A stretch of 64,000 nucleotides of DNA. It comes from Ranitomeya imitator (taxonomy: Eukaryota). Positions 60,239-64,000 of this stretch are shown in pieces. Below the pieces are notes generated by a model. That model was given only the letters and a program-made list of their open reading frames with translations, searched no databases and was not told the DNA's origin. The first letter of the stretch is position 1; every line of letters begins with the position of its first letter. Made by a program: the position numbers and the translations under genes. The stretch spans positions 624,464,001-624,528,000 of the forward strand of contig NC_091284.1 of the NCBI RefSeq assembly GCF_032444005.1. The letters are read 5' to 3'.

Positions 60239-60966
60239 AGGTACCGTCACACTTAGCGACGCTGCAGCGATACCGACAACGATCCAGATCGCTGCAGCGT
60301 CGCTGTTTGGTCGCTGGAGAGCTGTCACACAGACAGCTCTCCAGCGACCAACGATCCCGAGGTCCCCGGTAACCAGGGTAAACATCGGGTAACTAAGCGC
60401 AGGGCCGCGCTTAGTAACCCGATGTTTACCCTGGTTACCAGCGTAAAAAAACAAACAGTGCATACTTACATTCAGCTGTCTGTCCCTTGCCGTCTGGTTC
60501 CTGCACTGACTGCTGGCCGTAAAGTGAAAGTGAAAGCACAGCACAGCGGTGAATCACACAGCGGTGACTCACCGCTGTGGCTGTGCTCTGCTTTCACTTT
60601 CCGGCCAGCAGTCAGTGCAGGAACCAGATGGCAAGGGACAGACAGCTGAATGTAAGTATGTACTGTTTGTTTTTTTACGCTGGTAACCAGGGTAAACATC
60701 GGGTTACTAAGCGCGGCCCTGCGCTTAGTTACCCGATGTTTACCCTGGTTACCAGTGAAGACATCGCTGAATCGGTGTCACACACGCCGATTCAGCGATG
60801 TCTACGGGGAGTCCAGCCACGAAATAAAGTTCTGGACTTTCTTCCCCGACCAGCGATCTCCCAGCAGGGGCCTGATCGCTGCTGCCTGTCACACTGGACG
60901 ATATCGCTAGCGAGGACGCTGCAACGTCACGGATCGCTAGCGATATCGTCTAGTGTGACAGTACCT
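60239..60966. mobile_element. PIF/Harbinger-type MITE, copy 2 (728 bp)
   Basis: TSD TAA/TAA. TIR AGGTACCGTCACAC. Same arms as 26631. Confidence 0.88.
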
Positions 60967-62440
60967 TAACATTGTCAATACAGCTTTAATATTAACATAT
61001 GGATTGCAGACTATCACATGGAAGTTACTTAGACCCTTTTTCATGGGGTTGTCAGCTCGTAAATCCATAATGCTAAGTTCACGCTGTCATTTGTAATTCT
61101 GTGCTTCTGCTCTATCATAGGAAGAAAAGAACAAATTAATACAGTGCTATATCAGAGATGGGACTCAAATTGTCAACACAATATTCCCTGCAACATGTGA
61201 TACAAGATCATTTCCAATGCTCTTCTCAAATGTTATTCCTTTTGTCACTTTAAAGTGTCATCCTTAGTACTTCCCTCAAGTTTTATCCACAAAGTCCCCC
61301 AAGTGTCTTCCCTAGCACTCTCCAAGTGTCATTCCAAGGGTCATCTTAAGTATCATCCACAACTTGCCCTTCAACTGTCAGCATCAATGCAAACCTGAGT
61401 GCTAGTTAAGGTACCCTTCACCAAGTATCATCTCCATTGTCCCCAATGTTCCTTTTGGGTGTAAACTACAGTACAGTATCTCATAGTCAAACACCGATAT
61501 CCCATCTGTGTTTACTCGGTGCTGCATTAATTTTCTCCACCAATGAACTTTAGGCTCTTGTAAGCTGCTAACCACCCTTATTTAGACTACCATGTAGAAA
61601 ACACAGAGTTTAAGTGTCATAAAAAAGATTTTTTGTGAATATACAGTATATATATTTTAAAAGAAGAATAAAATACAAATAGAATACCAAAGACTGCAAA
61701 GCTCAAATGCAGGAGATCCTAACCAATATTAAACCACGGTGAGCCTAAATGTTTGTCTTTACACATGGGTATACATGGATTATGATAGCCTATTAAAGTG
61801 CATTAGGAATAAAGTGCTGCAATTTGCACACATGCTAAGGGATATGATAAAGTGCAAGGTGAAAACTTACATATGCAGACCGGGTGTTAACGATGGATGT
61901 CCTGCCGCCACAAAGCTCATTTCATAGTGTTACTTCCTCAGGAAGTGTGTGATAGGGAGGGAGATCAAAGTTTAAGTATAGCAGGCTGGCCAATCAAAAT
62001 GTATGTGTACGGAGGTGTGTGCATGAGTTGATCCGGTTAGAGATTGCTAACACAGCTGGGAATGAGTGACGAGTCCCAAAATTGCGGCGCATGCACGACG
62101 TGGATGAATTGATGAATAGGGGCGCTTCAGTTTGCGGTCCGGTGGAACACAAGCCCAGGAGTGCAGTCATGACGATGGCAAATGTGCAGATACTACAATG
62201 TGACACTACCTGAAGTGCCAGTGAGACGTACACAAGAAATGCATGTGGGGACAGCACTCAGGATGCCGGTATGTGCAATGTAGAGGTCAGTCTACTGTTA
62301 AAAAATGCTGCATTGAATGTGTCAAAATGTGGATTCTACCTTTCCTTAAATGAATAAATAAGCTGAACATGCAGTAGTTTGTGAATAACTGGAGAAACCC
62401 TAAGCAAAAAGAGAAAGAATATGAACATGTATAAAGACAG

Positions 62441-62605
62441 TGTTATGCGTCAGGATTCTCCCGCTGTGTAGGATAGATCTCAAGAATCATCTGGTGCTGT
62501 GGTCTCCCATTCTGGTCCAGCTGCTGGGATTGCTGCTCAGCACAGACATCGGTCCCAGTGTCCTGTTCAGGCTCATGGTATACATTTGGTTACTAATGCT
62601 TCTCC
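62441..62605 (+). repeat. Old LTR 5' (U3) fragment related to family 2
   Basis: TGTTA start; GCTGTGGTCTCCCATTCTG and GCTCAGCACAGACATCGGTCCCAG align with 55997-56160. Confidence 0.6.
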
Positions 62606-62662
62606 ACCCAAGTCTATCATAACCAATGATATGCAGGTGCAGCCTTGCACTCTGGAGTCTAA

Positions 62663-63389
62663 AGGCCCCTTCACATTGAGCGACGCTGCAGCGATACCGA
62701 CAACGATCCGGATCGCTGCAGCGTCGCTGTTTGGTCGCTGGAGAGCTGTCACACAGACCGCTCTCCAGCGACCAACGATGCCGGTAACCAGGGTAAACAT
62801 CGGGTAACTAAGCGCAGGGCCGCGCTTAGTAACCCGATGTTTACCCTGGTTACCATGCTAAAAGTAAAAAAAAAACAAACACTAGATACTTACCTACCGC
62901 TGTCTGTCCTCCAGCGCTGCGCTCTGCTTCTCTGCACTCCTCCTGTACTGTCTGGGAGCCGGAAAGCAGAGCGGTGACGTCACCGCTCTGCTTTCCGGCT
63001 CACAGCCAGTACAGGAGGAGAGCAGAGCACAGCGCTGGAGGACAGACAGCGGTAGGTAAGTATGTAGTGTTTGTTTTTTTTTACTTTTAGCATGGTAACC
63101 AGGGTAAACATCGGGTTACTAAGCGCGGCCCTGCGCTTAGTTACCCGATGTTTACCCTGGTTACCAGTGAAGACATCGCTGGATCGGTGTCACACACGCC
63201 GATCCAGCGATGTCTTCAGGGAGTCCAGCGACGAAATAAAGTTCTGGACTTTATTCAGCGACCAACGATCTCCCAGCAGGGGCCTGATCGTTGGTCGCTG
63301 TCACACATAACGATTTCATTAACGATATCGTTGCTACGTCACAAATAGCAACGATATCGTTAACAATATCGTTATGTGTGAAGGTACCT
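62663..63389. mobile_element. PIF/Harbinger-type MITE, copy 3 (727 bp)
   Basis: TSD TAA/TAA. Termini AGGCCCCTTCACA / TGTGAAGGTACCT. Same arms as 26631 and 60239. Confidence 0.88.
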
Positions 63390-64000
63390 TAAGTCCAGAG
63401 ATCACCTAACTGAATTGTTCTCTTGGCTTACATCTGCCTCATTCTGTTTTTCTATTACATACTGTACATTTGCTGTACTGACTTATATCATATTTATATA
63501 TGCTAGTCATGAAAACTATCTGAAACATTTGTTTTTAAGGTTTTTTTAAGGGGCTTTTTTCTTGTACTGTTTAGTCTCACTGTGTAATTTTTTTTTGTAA
63601 TAAAGGTTATATTTTGATTAACTGCTAAATTATTTCCACTTATATTTGATATATTCCAAGTGGCGATATTTGGTCTGAACCTGATATTTATAGTGGTTAC
63701 CTCACATGATATTATAATTATTGTTGTATTATGGGTCTGCAAATCCTTTTCATTGCATTAATAGCAGGGCTTAACTAGTCTGTTTCTAATCATGTGATAC
63801 CATGGACTTCATGGAAAGAGATAAGATTGCTTCTTTAACATAGATGCATTATAATTGTATGGTGTATTTTGCTGCTATCTGTAGCAACACAGAGGTGCAG
63901 TTCAAAACTGTTTGTATTTTCAGATTTCTTTATTTTTATATACAGTTGAATTAATTTATTATTACATAGATTGGTGTTTTTAGCTCGGTGGTTAATATCA

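Overview
Repeat-dense vertebrate DNA with no recognisable host-gene exon. An anuran (frog) origin is inferred from the repeat families and is not proven. The window holds nested transposable elements. (1) A very young, apparently intact Ty3/Gypsy chromovirus (Tf1/sushi-like; 9295-14982, +, 748-bp LTRs with 1 difference seen, single gag-pol ORF), inserted near the 3' end of a minisatellite-carrying non-autonomous Helitron (9241-16203, -). (2) A second chromovirus family: a near-intact copy (29566-35584, -) inside a piggyBac-type element, a decayed 5'-truncated copy (51715-56901, +) and an LTR fragment. (3) A solo LTR of family 1 (38987-39757). (4) Tc1/mariner elements of DD34E, DD35E (full ORF, Traveler-like, 53043-54549) and DD38E-like types. 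(5) hAT, PIF/Harbinger, Kolobok/T2, Tc2-like and piggyBac non-autonomous elements, L2 fragments, minisatellites, and a Penelope-like insertion carrying a minimal hammerhead ribozyme motif. The best system-level signal is that neither chromovirus family has a tRNA primer-binding site. In both, the sequence exactly 30 nt downstream of the LTR TATA box is complementary to the sequence just inside the 5' LTR, the signature of Tf1-type self-primed reverse transcription. Family 2 also has a covarying U5 hairpin, and family 1 makes 6-bp target-site duplications.
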